Origin: a virus
Taxonomy: Duplodnaviria > Caudoviricetes
DNA: 38,789 nt
Strand: one strand, 5' to 3'
IMG/VR virus record: IMGVR_UViG_3300032213_002584
Location: 1-38,789 of that record
Shown here: piece by piece, positions 1-8,201 of the stretch
Layout: every line of letters starts with the position of its first letter
Numbering within the stretch: the stretch's first letter is position 1
Translations under genes and position numbers: made by a program
Notes under the pieces: generated by a model
The model's database searches: none
What the model saw: the letters and a program-made list of their open reading frames with translations, nothing else
Told to the model about the DNA's origin: nothing

Positions 1-34
1 CACCAACAGGTATATTAGCTGCCGTTCTTGCCAT
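1..34 (-). CDS. 5' end of a gene running off the window (MARTAANIPVG...), probably the tape measure protein
   Basis: ATG at 34 preceded by AAGGAG-TAAGGA and a GTGTAA motif at 61-66. It follows the tail tube and putative chaperone genes. Product inferred from synteny only. Confidence 0.5.
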   Translation of the reverse strand, partial: MARTAANIPVG

Positions 35-60
35 TCCTTACTCCTTTTCCTATGATAATA

Positions 61-66
61 TTACAC
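61..66 (-). promoter_or_regulatory. GTGTAA putative late-promoter motif
   Basis: GTGTAATATT, 26 nt upstream of ATG 34; intergenic. Confidence 0.7.
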
Positions 67-96
67 GGAAATTATTATATATTTAATAATATTAAG

Positions 97-1107
97 TTAA
101 ATACCATGCAATTTAAGCATATCTTGCATACTTAGCGTTCCACCCTTTTTGGCAGCTTCGGCCATTAAGCTGATGCCACTTTCATTTTTTATTCCAGCTT
201 TTTGAAGATCTTCCTTTGATGCACCAATAATAGAAGTACCAATTGCGCCTTCTGTATTCTTTTCTATATTGCTCTTTTGCATCATTTCTTCTGCATTTTT
301 AGATGATTCTATCCATTCTATGAGCTTTTCTGGATCTTCATAGTATTCATTTGGAGGTTGATGCTTTGCTGAAGAGATTAAATTCTTAAAATATCTAGCA
401 TATGTAAAAGTCTCAATTTGATAGAAGCTTAAATTAACTATAGGTTTACCATATAGATTATATAAACTATCATTAGATACATTGAATAATGATAAAAAAT
501 ATGATGATAAAGCAATATTCTTTAAATTATTATCTGCAAAATTAGATACAATCTTATTGTAAGTTCTTACCAAGTCAGTAATATCTTGATTATCCAGTTC
601 TTCGAACTCCTCACTTTTAAAGAATAGATTATTTAAATTAAAATGATCATATATGGAGATATACATATAATATTCATTAATTTTTTTAGTAGCATAATCT
701 TCAGCAGTATATCCAATTAACTCTCTCTTTTTGAAATTCAATTCGAACAATTTAATCTCTTCTTTTTTAATTTCATTTTTAAAGAAGTCAATATCAGTTT
801 GCTTAAATACCTTAGACTTTGACTGTTTTAAGCTTATTAGATATTTTCTTATCTTTTCTATTTCTTGATTACTTTCCTCGGTCCAAAGCTTTTCTTGTAT
901 GATATAATCTTCTTTTTCTTTTTGAGTTGGAAGTTTATTTTGAATAGCTTTTTGATAATACTCATCTTTTTTGATATCTATATCGCCAGCATCTAAGCTA
1001 CTGAGATGCTTTATGTATATTTTTTTATCTTTATAAAGAGAGGTAGAATAACCATTAAGAATATCCGTAAAAAATAATTTTAATTTATTTTTTGGTATCT
1101 TTTCCAA
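97..1107 (-). CDS. putative tail assembly chaperone-like protein (336 aa, TTG start)
   Basis: Long helical, charged ORF between the tail tube and the presumed tape measure gene; function by synteny only. Confidence 0.4.
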   Translation of the reverse strand: MEKIPKNKLKLFFTDILNGYSTSLYKDKKIYIKHLSSLDAGDIDIKKDEYYQKAIQNKLPTQKEKEDYIIQEKLWTEESNQEIEKIRKYLISLKQSKSKVFKQTDIDFFKNEIKKEEIKLFELNFKKRELIGYTAEDYATKKINEYYMYISIYDHFNLNNLFFKSEEFEELDNQDITDLVRTYNKIVSNFADNNLKNIALSSYFLSLFNVSNDSLYNLYGKPIVNLSFYQIETFTYARYFKNLISSAKHQPPNEYYEDPEKLIEWIESSKNAEEMMQKSNIEKNTEGAIGTSIIGASKEDLQKAGIKNESGISLMAEAAKKGGTLSMQDMLKLHGI

Positions 1108-1112
1108 GGCAT

Positions 1113-1859
1113 TTAACTTTCCTTAGTTTCTGATTCTAGTATTTTCTCGAATTCGGCTTGAGTAGATGCTCTACCCATATACCAAAATGTTGTATAAAGA
1201 ACTAATTTCTTGGCTAGGTCCTCAAAGAATGGTTCTGATTTTTCTTCTGCAACATCATAGAATTTAAGCTTTTCTTCGAAAGATCCATCACCAAATACTG
1301 GATTAATATTTCCAGATTCATCCTCTTGATAGCTCAAGTTAAGAACCCACCATAAAACAGTTTTATTTCTAGCCCTATTTTCTGCTGTTTGATCAAATAA
1401 ACTAGCTTGTGCCATTTCATAGTCTTGAATTTTATTTCTAGTATCATTAATCTCTTCGATCAATTTTTTATACTTTTCTTTTTCATCTTCTGATCTTGTT
1501 GATTCATCTTTAATTGATAATCTTTGAAAATCATTTTGAAGATTAAATAGCTTCATATATGAGGTGGCATATTCTTCCTTATCTTTTTCACTAAAAACAC
1601 CACCATCATCAACAAATCTTTTTGCAAGTAAAGCTTTGGTTAGTAGACCAGCTTTGATACCTTCTGATAGTCTAACTCCATAAAATAATTCAGCCTCATC
1701 GAACATTATTCTATTTGGCTTTCTTAAGAATAACTTTTGGGCAATTTGCTTTTTAACTTTTTTAATAGTCTTTACTTCTTCGTTTTTTTCATTTACAGAA
1801 GTTTCAACTTCTTCTGCTTCTACCTCTTTATTGATTTTGAATTCAAATAGTTTTTTCAT
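1113..1859 (-). CDS. putative tail assembly chaperone (248 aa)
   Basis: Acidic/helical ORF with AAAGGA SD, downstream of the tail tube; synteny. Confidence 0.45.
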   Translation of the reverse strand: MKKLFEFKINKEVEAEEVETSVNEKNEEVKTIKKVKKQIAQKLFLRKPNRIMFDEAELFYGVRLSEGIKAGLLTKALLAKRFVDDGGVFSEKDKEEYATSYMKLFNLQNDFQRLSIKDESTRSEDEKEKYKKLIEEINDTRNKIQDYEMAQASLFDQTAENRARNKTVLWWVLNLSYQEDESGNINPVFGDGSFEEKLKFYDVAEEKSEPFFEDLAKKLVLYTTFWYMGRASTQAEFEKILESETKES

Positions 1860-1876
1860 ATATTATTCCTTTATTT

Positions 1877-2131
1877 TTACCTTGGGAGCTTATCTATAAA
1901 CTCCTTTACCTTTTTAAAATGAACAACTCCACCAATTGTTTTGATAAATTTATTCTTTTTTTCACTATCCCAAAGATCATATTGTTTCAAGAAATTTGGT
2001 CCAGTAACAACTGAATAGTTAACAGAAGATACTCCAAATTCCTTTTGAAGCGATCTTTGATTGGATTGAAGATCTAAATTACTTATAATAATTTGATCTG
2101 CATTGAAAATATTCTTGAATTTTACTTTCAT
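1877..2131 (-). CDS. hypothetical protein (84 aa)
   Basis: ATGA overlap with the upstream 74-aa gene; same strand as the operon. Confidence 0.7.
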   Translation of the reverse strand: MKVKFKNIFNADQIIISNLDLQSNQRSLQKEFGVSSVNYSVVTGPNFLKQYDLWDSEKKNKFIKTIGGVVHFKKVKEFIDKLPR

Positions 2132-2352
2132 TTTAATTTAATATCTAGAGCTTGAAATTGTTCTTCTAATTCTCTTATTGCATCATTAGCATGATCAAGT
2201 ATTCTTTTACGGATTTTTGTATAAGACTCATCGTTTATATTATATCCATTATCTTGTAAATCTTCTAGAATAAAAAAGAAATTCTTATAGATATTCGTAA
2301 TTTTTCTACGAACTTGAAATAAAGCAAACTCTTTAATTTTATCCTGTTCCAT
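2128..2352 (-). CDS. hypothetical helical protein (74 aa)
   Basis: ATG preceded by three AAGGTT repeats and a GTGTAT motif. Confidence 0.75.
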   Translation of the reverse strand: MEQDKIKEFALFQVRRKITNIYKNFFFILEDLQDNGYNINDESYTKIRKRILDHANDAIRELEEQFQALDIKLK

Positions 2353-2382
2353 AAACCTTTAAACCTTCAACCTTAACAGTAT

Positions 2383-2388
2383 ATACAC
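2383..2388 (-). promoter_or_regulatory. GTGTAT putative late-promoter motif
   Basis: Directly after the U-tract of the tail-tube terminator, 30 nt upstream of ATG 2352. Confidence 0.6.
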
Positions 2389-2419
2389 AAAAAATAACCC
2401 CCACGAGGGGGGTTATTTT
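2389..2419 (-). terminator. Rho-independent terminator after the tail tube gene
   Basis: Minus strand AAAATAACCCCC-CTCGT-GGGGGTTATTTTTT. Confidence 0.85.
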
Positions 2420-2441
2420 AAGTATATTTTATATTAACAGA

Positions 2442-3560
2442 TTAATATAATCCGCTGAAGAATAAGCCATTTGCTCTATCTTCTGGTCCACCTACTTGTG
2501 AACTGAAGTTTAGAGTTACGGATTTATTAGATCCGATATCAGAGCTAAATTCTTGACTATCTAATTTTGCTCTCTTCAATGTATATCTTACAACTGTTTG
2601 ATCTGTGATAGTTGGATTTTTGATAAAGATTGATGGATTATAGAATGTTGAGCTATCTCCACTAACTAATTGAGCTAGTGTTCCAGCACTCAAATCTGTT
2701 ACTTGAGCATCTACTGATAAACTAACTGTAACTGGGAAGTCGATTTCTCTTGCGAATGCGAACTTACTTCCTAGTCTTTCGATTGGAGTACGAGTCAAAT
2801 CAAAACTCAAACTATAGCTTTGAATATTGAAAGTAGCAGTATTTGCTCCAATGGTAGCTGGTAAACTTAATGTAATATCTCCTGGACGCAATGCGCTAAT
2901 TCCAGAAGCACCAACTGTATTAAGAGCGGTACTACTAGCAGCTACTGGTAGTGCATATTTAACATTACCAATTTCTGAACCATTCTCAGGATTAATAGCT
3001 GGAATGATATTACCACTGACTCCGTTTTGGAAAACCATGTTAAGGCCTTCAACATTAACTGAAGCTGTTGGGAAGTTTCCTACTGAACCTTCGGTTGTAT
3101 AGGATGCAATGAATCCGTTTCCGATTCCGATAACTCCTACATTATTTGATGTATCAGTATTTCCAACTGCGTCTGCACCTTCTGTAACAGTTTTAATGAA
3201 GAAATTCTTTTCGTCTTCTACTTTAGACAAGATACCAGAAATAGCACTTACTTCTGGTTGAGTTCCACTTTGAACATAAAAACCTAAACTATATTCATTA
3301 GTAAGGTTTGCTAAAATGTAACTAAAGTCTAATGCGACTGTTGGTGAGGTTAAGATAACTCGATCAATAGCAGCTAATTGACCGAATTGATTAACATCGG
3401 TACGATCTACAGTAAAGCTGTAGTTGGCTGTTTGAACTCTTTGTAATTGATCAACCAAATTTGTTCCTTCGGTTGCACTGTTTCTAAAATGGAAACCTGT
3501 TGCTGGTGTTGGTCCAGCGTATAAAGCTTCAGATTGATAAATAATACGATTTCTTGGCAT
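2442..3560 (-). CDS. major tail tube protein (372 aa)
   Basis: Beta-rich S/T/G/V protein with tube-like segments (RVQTANYSFTVDRTDVNQFGQ; IQSYSLSFDLTRTPIERLGS). Strong AGGAGA SD, own promoter motif and terminator. Follows the neck/terminator genes. Confidence 0.7.
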   Translation of the reverse strand: MPRNRIIYQSEALYAGPTPATGFHFRNSATEGTNLVDQLQRVQTANYSFTVDRTDVNQFGQLAAIDRVILTSPTVALDFSYILANLTNEYSLGFYVQSGTQPEVSAISGILSKVEDEKNFFIKTVTEGADAVGNTDTSNNVGVIGIGNGFIASYTTEGSVGNFPTASVNVEGLNMVFQNGVSGNIIPAINPENGSEIGNVKYALPVAASSTALNTVGASGISALRPGDITLSLPATIGANTATFNIQSYSLSFDLTRTPIERLGSKFAFAREIDFPVTVSLSVDAQVTDLSAGTLAQLVSGDSSTFYNPSIFIKNPTITDQTVVRYTLKRAKLDSQEFSSDIGSNKSVTLNFSSQVGGPEDRANGLFFSGLY

Positions 3561-3585
3561 ATTTTTTCTCCTATTTCTCTATTTA

Positions 3586-3591
3586 TTACAC
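3586..3591 (-). promoter_or_regulatory. GTGTAA putative late-promoter motif
   Basis: GTGTAATAAATA, 25 nt upstream of the tail tube ATG 3560. Confidence 0.75.
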
Positions 3592-3616
3592 TGTTTTTGG
3601 TCTTTGAGAACAAAAT

Positions 3617-4480
3617 TTATTGTCTTGGGTATCTATTTTGTATTAGCTCAAAGTCTACGAAAGCTGAGTATACATTACGATTTAAACCATTAGTAGGAGT
3701 TGATATTCTACTATCAGTTTTTGAGACATTTACTTCATTAATATATACATAATCAAAATCTGCTTGTTTATTTGCTGTTAACTCAAGGTAATTAAAGCAA
3801 TCACCAGTTACAGTATTTAAAGCATTAAATGGCATCTCATTTTGATATATTAATGGCACTAATAGTCTACTAGTATCGCGCATTATACTAGTTACAGCAT
3901 CTAAGCTAAATACGCTATCAGCTAATATAATTGCTCTGACGTTGCAAACTGTTGAATCCATTCCGCCAAATGCCAATGGCTTATTTTGGCCTCCTTGATA
4001 TTTTAAATATATAACAGGATAGGTTTCTGATCCGATAGGTAGTCCAGTAGGATTTTGATAAGTTCTAGGATTAACTTGATATTGAGTTTCAAATAATAGG
4101 TTCTCTTCAGTTCTACTAGTTAAATACATATTAAAATCTTTAACTGCATAATTTCCACTTAAAGCTGTGGTAGGATTACTTATTGGAGCACTAAAATATA
4201 ATTGACCTTCAGTAGCATTAATTCCACTTAAATTATTTTGTCCAACTTGAGTAAATGTACCATTAACATATACTCCACTTATGATATTAGCTCCACTAAT
4301 TGAACAATCTATAACCATTTGCTTGAATGGCGCACCATATGTATAATATCCATATATCATATTTGGTAATGGATAAAATGCACTTTGATGATTAATAAAA
4401 GCTGTTCCTTTAGTTAGAACCTTGTTATCTAACCAAAATAACATACTAGTCATTACAATGTTATCAAATTGTGGTGTCAT
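3617..4480 (-). CDS. putative tail terminator/completion protein (287 aa)
   Basis: Immediately upstream of the tail tube. YPVIYL...VRAIILADS alpha/beta pattern typical of tail terminators; synteny. Confidence 0.45.
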   Translation of the reverse strand: MTPQFDNIVMTSMLFWLDNKVLTKGTAFINHQSAFYPLPNMIYGYYTYGAPFKQMVIDCSISGANIISGVYVNGTFTQVGQNNLSGINATEGQLYFSAPISNPTTALSGNYAVKDFNMYLTSRTEENLLFETQYQVNPRTYQNPTGLPIGSETYPVIYLKYQGGQNKPLAFGGMDSTVCNVRAIILADSVFSLDAVTSIMRDTSRLLVPLIYQNEMPFNALNTVTGDCFNYLELTANKQADFDYVYINEVNVSKTDSRISTPTNGLNRNVYSAFVDFELIQNRYPRQ

Positions 4481-5064
4481 TTATTTAAACCTTTTAAAAA
4501 TATTGATCTCAATTCTGAAAAGTATTTTACTGGTTTATAAGAAGCTTTTCTAACTTTATTTTCAGATTGAATAGCTCTTCCAGATCTACTATTACTAAAA
4601 AGACCATATAAATAATAACCAAATCCAGATATTCCAGATTCTATGCCCTTAAGCCAACTTAACCCAGACTCAAATGGCATTTTAGTAAATGGTTTTAATT
4701 CATCTAAAGATGGACTATTGACTTCAAAAACAATAGCATTATCTTTTTTTTTCATTTTTCCAGTAGATAAAAATGTATTTTGTTTTATTAAAGATTTCAA
4801 ATCTTCAATAGGAGTATCATTTTCATCGAAGCCAATAAATGAAAAAAGATTAGCATCTCCATTTAATGTATTACTTGTATTATTTGCATCTGGTCCAGCA
4901 CTTAATTCTTCAGAAACTGGGTGATCATTTATTTCATTAATATATTCGTTAACTTTTTCTAATAAAATAATTTCAGCTTCTATTTTTGCCTCTTTTTGAA
5001 TAGTTTTTAAAGTAGAATCAATTACTGATTCTCTGACTACTTCTAAATTTAATTTAACAGCCAT
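4477..5064 (-). CDS. putative neck/tail-completion protein (195 aa)
   Basis: Translationally coupled in the head-tail joining block; synteny. Confidence 0.4.
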   Translation of the reverse strand: MAVKLNLEVVRESVIDSTLKTIQKEAKIEAEIILLEKVNEYINEINDHPVSEELSAGPDANNTSNTLNGDANLFSFIGFDENDTPIEDLKSLIKQNTFLSTGKMKKKDNAIVFEVNSPSLDELKPFTKMPFESGLSWLKGIESGISGFGYYLYGLFSNSRSGRAIQSENKVRKASYKPVKYFSELRSIFLKGLNK

Positions 5065-5507
5065 TACTTTGTTTGCTCCAAAATAAAAGCATAATAAATA
5101 TTATTTAAATAAGGTCTTGGTATATCTTGAGATATAATATTAAAAGTTTTTTCGTCAGCTTCTATCTTAATAGTATTTCCATTTAAAATAAAATCTCTTG
5201 CTGGTTTTTTAGTAATTAACATCATATCTCCTTTTGCAAAAATTACTTTTAACTCTGGATTTACAGCATCGACATTACCTTTATTGATAGTATACTCTAC
5301 TCTTCCTTTGAAAGTGCCAGTTACTGGAATATATGTATAATTTTCTGCATTTGAACTAGATCCATATCCAAATAAATTTGGACTTTGTGGTTGAACTAAA
5401 ACTTTAATTGGTTCTTTAAAAACAATAAAATCTCTAGAAAAATAGTCAAAATAACTTTCCATTTCTGCAGAAAAACTCGCTGCTGTTTTTTCGTCTATAA
5501 AACTCAT
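5064..5507 (-). CDS. putative head-closure (stopper) protein (147 aa)
   Basis: Small beta-rich protein following the adaptor-like gene; synteny. Confidence 0.4.
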   Translation of the reverse strand: MSFIDEKTAASFSAEMESYFDYFSRDFIVFKEPIKVLVQPQSPNLFGYGSSSNAENYTYIPVTGTFKGRVEYTINKGNVDAVNPELKVIFAKGDMMLITKKPARDFILNGNTIKIEADEKTFNIISQDIPRPYLNNIYYAFILEQTK

Positions 5508-5510
5508 AAA

Positions 5511-6011
5511 TTATTGACCGAAGAATTGCCTGGATCTAAAATTACTATTTAATGTTCTTGGATTATAGAATCCTGGAATTGTATCGTCTCCTGCAACTTG
5601 AATTGGGCTACTATTATTATTTCTATATTGAGCGATGAGTTGTTTTAATTCATCGTATTCTTGTCTTCTGATACTAACGTAATTTCTTAATAATTCATTT
5701 TTGCTTGATCTTGTTACTGTGCCATAATCATCACGAATAGACATAAAATCTGATGTTGAGCCAGTGCTTTTTATTTGAACATCAAAATAATATATGAAAT
5801 ACATTTTTTTAAATATATATTTTTCTATATCAGACAAAGATGGAGTAATTTCAAATGTAGTACCATCTACCTCAAAATTTTGATTTAAATTAGTGTTTAA
5901 TCCGCCTATATTTCTTCTAAGCCATTGAGTGATTGCAGATATGCTAAAACCACTAGCTTCGCCAATTTCTTCGTATATTTCTTGAGCAATTCCAACGATG
6001 TTATTAGTCAT
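5511..6011 (-). CDS. putative head-tail adaptor protein (166 aa)
   Basis: Helical N-terminus, first gene of the neck block, own GTGTAA motif. Confidence 0.4.
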   Translation of the reverse strand: MTNNIVGIAQEIYEEIGEASGFSISAITQWLRRNIGGLNTNLNQNFEVDGTTFEITPSLSDIEKYIFKKMYFIYYFDVQIKSTGSTSDFMSIRDDYGTVTRSSKNELLRNYVSIRRQEYDELKQLIAQYRNNNSSPIQVAGDDTIPGFYNPRTLNSNFRSRQFFGQ

Positions 6012-6019
6012 ATAATATA

Positions 6020-6025
6020 TTACAC
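6020..6025 (-). promoter_or_regulatory. GTGTAA motif, 8 nt before ATG (leaderless-type)
   Basis: GTGTAATATATTATATG; no SD. Confidence 0.75.
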
Positions 6026-6054
6026 TATATGTTATGTATTATTTATAAATAATA

Positions 6055-6561
6055 TTACCAAGAACTGATTGCTGATCTTCGCCAGTTATTATTAGATATA
6101 CAAAAATATGCATAATTTTGATCTAGCGCCATTTGACCAGATGTTCCAACAGTATTTGGAGTAGCTGGTGGCGATACAAAAGATATTCCAGCACCAGTAC
6201 CACCATTTATTGTAATTGTAGCTGTTGATCCAGCAACAGAAGCAGATACTCCAGCTCCAATAAAATTTAATGTAGAAGCAGAGCCCTGAGAAGATCCTTC
6301 GTCTTGAATTGTTATTAATGAAGATCCTGCTTCTCCACTTAATAAAACTCCAGTTCCATTAACTGTTGGACGTGAAGCAAAAGTTTTAATTCCAGAGATA
6401 GTTTGATTGCCAGTATTGTATACTAAATTCGAACCAAGCACTGGAAAATTACTATCTATTTTAAGATTTCTTACAAATATACCAGAAACATCATCTTTAA
6501 GATAAAATCTTTGACCAGCTGATACTCCTGTATTTGAGAAATGAAATATTTGATTGCTCAT
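6055..6561 (-). CDS. short fibre-like virion protein (168 aa)
   Basis: Contains the shared module NLVYNTGNQTISGIKTFASRPTVNGTGVLLSGEA and a fibre-type C-terminus (GTSGQMALDQNYAYFCISNNNWRR). Confidence 0.7.
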   Translation of the reverse strand: MSNQIFHFSNTGVSAGQRFYLKDDVSGIFVRNLKIDSNFPVLGSNLVYNTGNQTISGIKTFASRPTVNGTGVLLSGEAGSSLITIQDEGSSQGSASTLNFIGAGVSASVAGSTATITINGGTGAGISFVSPPATPNTVGTSGQMALDQNYAYFCISNNNWRRSAISSW

Positions 6562-6570
6562 TTTAATATA

Positions 6571-7497
6571 TTATAGGTTAAATGAATTAATTCCTCCAGT
6601 GCAATTTATGAAAATTCCACTTGCAGTTCCACCACCTCCGCCAAATGATTGATTTCCTCCAGTGCAGTCTGTAAAAGTTCCATTTGCAGTTCCGAACAGT
6701 CCACCAAATGATTGATCTTCTCCAGTGCAATTTGTAAAAGTTCCACTTGCAGTTCCACTATTTCCGCCAAATGAAAAATCTTCACCAGTGCAGTCTGTAA
6801 AAGTTCCATTTGCAGTTCCACCATCTCCGCCAAATGAATAAGATCGGCCAGTACAACCTATGAAATCTCCACTTGCAGTTCCACTAGCTCCGCCAAATGA
6901 AAAATTTCCACCAGTGCAATCTTTAAAAGTTCCACTTGCATTTCCAAGGTATCCGCCAAATGAAAAATCTTCACCAGTGCAGTCTGTAAAAGTTCCACTA
7001 TACTCTATTCCCAATCTCATGCTCCAAACATAACTTGAATTAGAAGTAAATAATACATTTTCTATATATGTTAAATTTAAATTAGTATTTGGAAAATAAG
7101 CTGATGGATCCGTTGAATTATTTGCTTTAATATATCCGAAATTACTATTTTCTATCTTTAGATTATGTAACTTAACATCATTTGCGGTTTGTTGAATTGT
7201 GCCTCTGTTTGCTGCTCCAACATTACTTGTGATATAATGCTTGCTTCTATCTGAGGTAGAACCAATAATATCTACATATTGAGTGTCAAGAATTAAACTT
7301 TGAGTTCCAAGATTATATATTGCTGGTGGCAAAATAACAGCTAATCTATTAGAAGTTGATAAAGATGCGCCGTTAGGAGTTACAGTTTTTGCAAGAGCAT
7401 AAGCCGCTAAAAGATTATTACCATTAACTATAGCATTATCTGTTACTTTAACAGTAACATAATTGGCGCTATTTAACTTATTTAATATATCAGCCAT
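6571..7497 (-). CDS. beta-solenoid repeat protein, probable virion/fibre-associated (308 aa)
   Basis: C-terminal 21-aa repeats (S/N)GTFTDCTGxxxSFGGxxGTA. Confidence 0.7.
   Translation of the reverse strand: MADILNKLNSANYVTVKVTDNAIVNGNNLLAAYALAKTVTPNGASLSTSNRLAVILPPAIYNLGTQSLILDTQYVDIIGSTSDRSKHYITSNVGAANRGTIQQTANDVKLHNLKIENSNFGYIKANNSTDPSAYFPNTNLNLTYIENVLFTSNSSYVWSMRLGIEYSGTFTDCTGEDFSFGGYLGNASGTFKDCTGGNFSFGGASGTASGDFIGCTGRSYSFGGDGGTANGTFTDCTGEDFSFGGNSGTASGTFTNCTGEDQSFGGLFGTANGTFTDCTGGNQSFGGGGGTASGIFINCTGGINSFNL
6590..7000 (-). repeat. 63-bp coding tandem repeat, about 6.5 copies
   Basis: ccagtgcagtctgtaaaagttcca-like unit recurring every 63 nt. Confidence 0.9.
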
Positions 7498-7498
7498 T

Positions 7499-8041
7499 TT
7501 AACTTACTCCATTATCTGCACTTAGGGTCACCCAACCTGTGTAACCTATGTTATTTACACCTAAGAGCTGCAAGCTCTCGTTCTTATAAAGGTTAATGTT
7601 CAAGAATCCATCTATAGTTCTTTGACCAGATCCTGTTATTAACAATATTCCAGTATTAAGATTTTTAACATAATAATTTATACCAGAAGTTATTCCACTT
7701 GGTAAAGTGCCTCTTATATTGTTTGAACTATTAACAATATTTATATAAGTATTACCAAATGTAAAATTAGAATTAACATAATTATAAGATGATAATTTCT
7801 TATTTGTTATTTGAAGAGTATCAAAAGAACCTGTTTGAGCGAAAGTTTTATTTCCGCTTATTGTTTGATTTCCAGTTATATAAACGATTGTATTTGGTAA
7901 AACTGCAGCTTCGCCACTCAAAAGAACACCAGTTCCATTTACTGTTGGACGTGAAGCAAAAGTTTTAACTCCAGAAATAATTTGATTTCCAGTGGCATAA
8001 ACAGGAAGATTTTTATCAATAATGTGTGTTACTGTTGCCAT
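7499..8041 (-). CDS. short fibre-like virion protein (180 aa)
   Basis: Two TGNQxISGxKTF motifs, the SRPTVNGTGVLLSGEA module and a small beta-sandwich C-terminus. Confidence 0.7.
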   Translation of the reverse strand: MATVTHIIDKNLPVYATGNQIISGVKTFASRPTVNGTGVLLSGEAAVLPNTIVYITGNQTISGNKTFAQTGSFDTLQITNKKLSSYNYVNSNFTFGNTYINIVNSSNNIRGTLPSGITSGINYYVKNLNTGILLITGSGQRTIDGFLNINLYKNESLQLLGVNNIGYTGWVTLSADNGVS

Positions 8042-8043
8042 AT

Positions 8044-8196
8044 TTATACTTTCTCTAGATAAACTTTCTTATCTTGTATTACACCTTCTAATTCGGACTC
8101 ATTTTCAATATAAGTTAACCTTTCGCAAAATAATAATTTATTATAAATATCTTCGCGCTCTATTATTGAATCTTTGGTTATAAATATGTTTTTCAT
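8044..8196 (-). CDS. small hypothetical protein (50 aa, MKNIFITKDSIIEREDIYNKLLFCERLTYIENESELEGVIQDKKVYLEKV); not in ORF track
   Basis: Translated by hand; fills the gap between the 1216-aa and 180-aa genes (5-nt and 2-nt spacers). Confidence 0.7.
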   Translation of the reverse strand: MKNIFITKDSIIEREDIYNKLLFCERLTYIENESELEGVIQDKKVYLEKV

Positions 8197-8201
8197 AAGT
8201 T

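Noticed and set aside
1100-1125. Lambda G/GT-like -1 frameshift at AGGAAAG between the two chaperone-like ORFs
   Set aside because: The downstream ORF is in the -1 frame, but the upstream ORF reads AAG GAA AGT, not the X XXY YYZ phasing required. AAGGA works more simply as the SD for the TTG start. Not excluded, but unsupported.
7555-8084. Intragenic GTGTAA at 7555-7560 and 8079-8084
   Set aside because: They lie inside coding sequence (Gly-Val codons), 57 and 37 nt from the next ATG. They could be internal promoters but were not counted.
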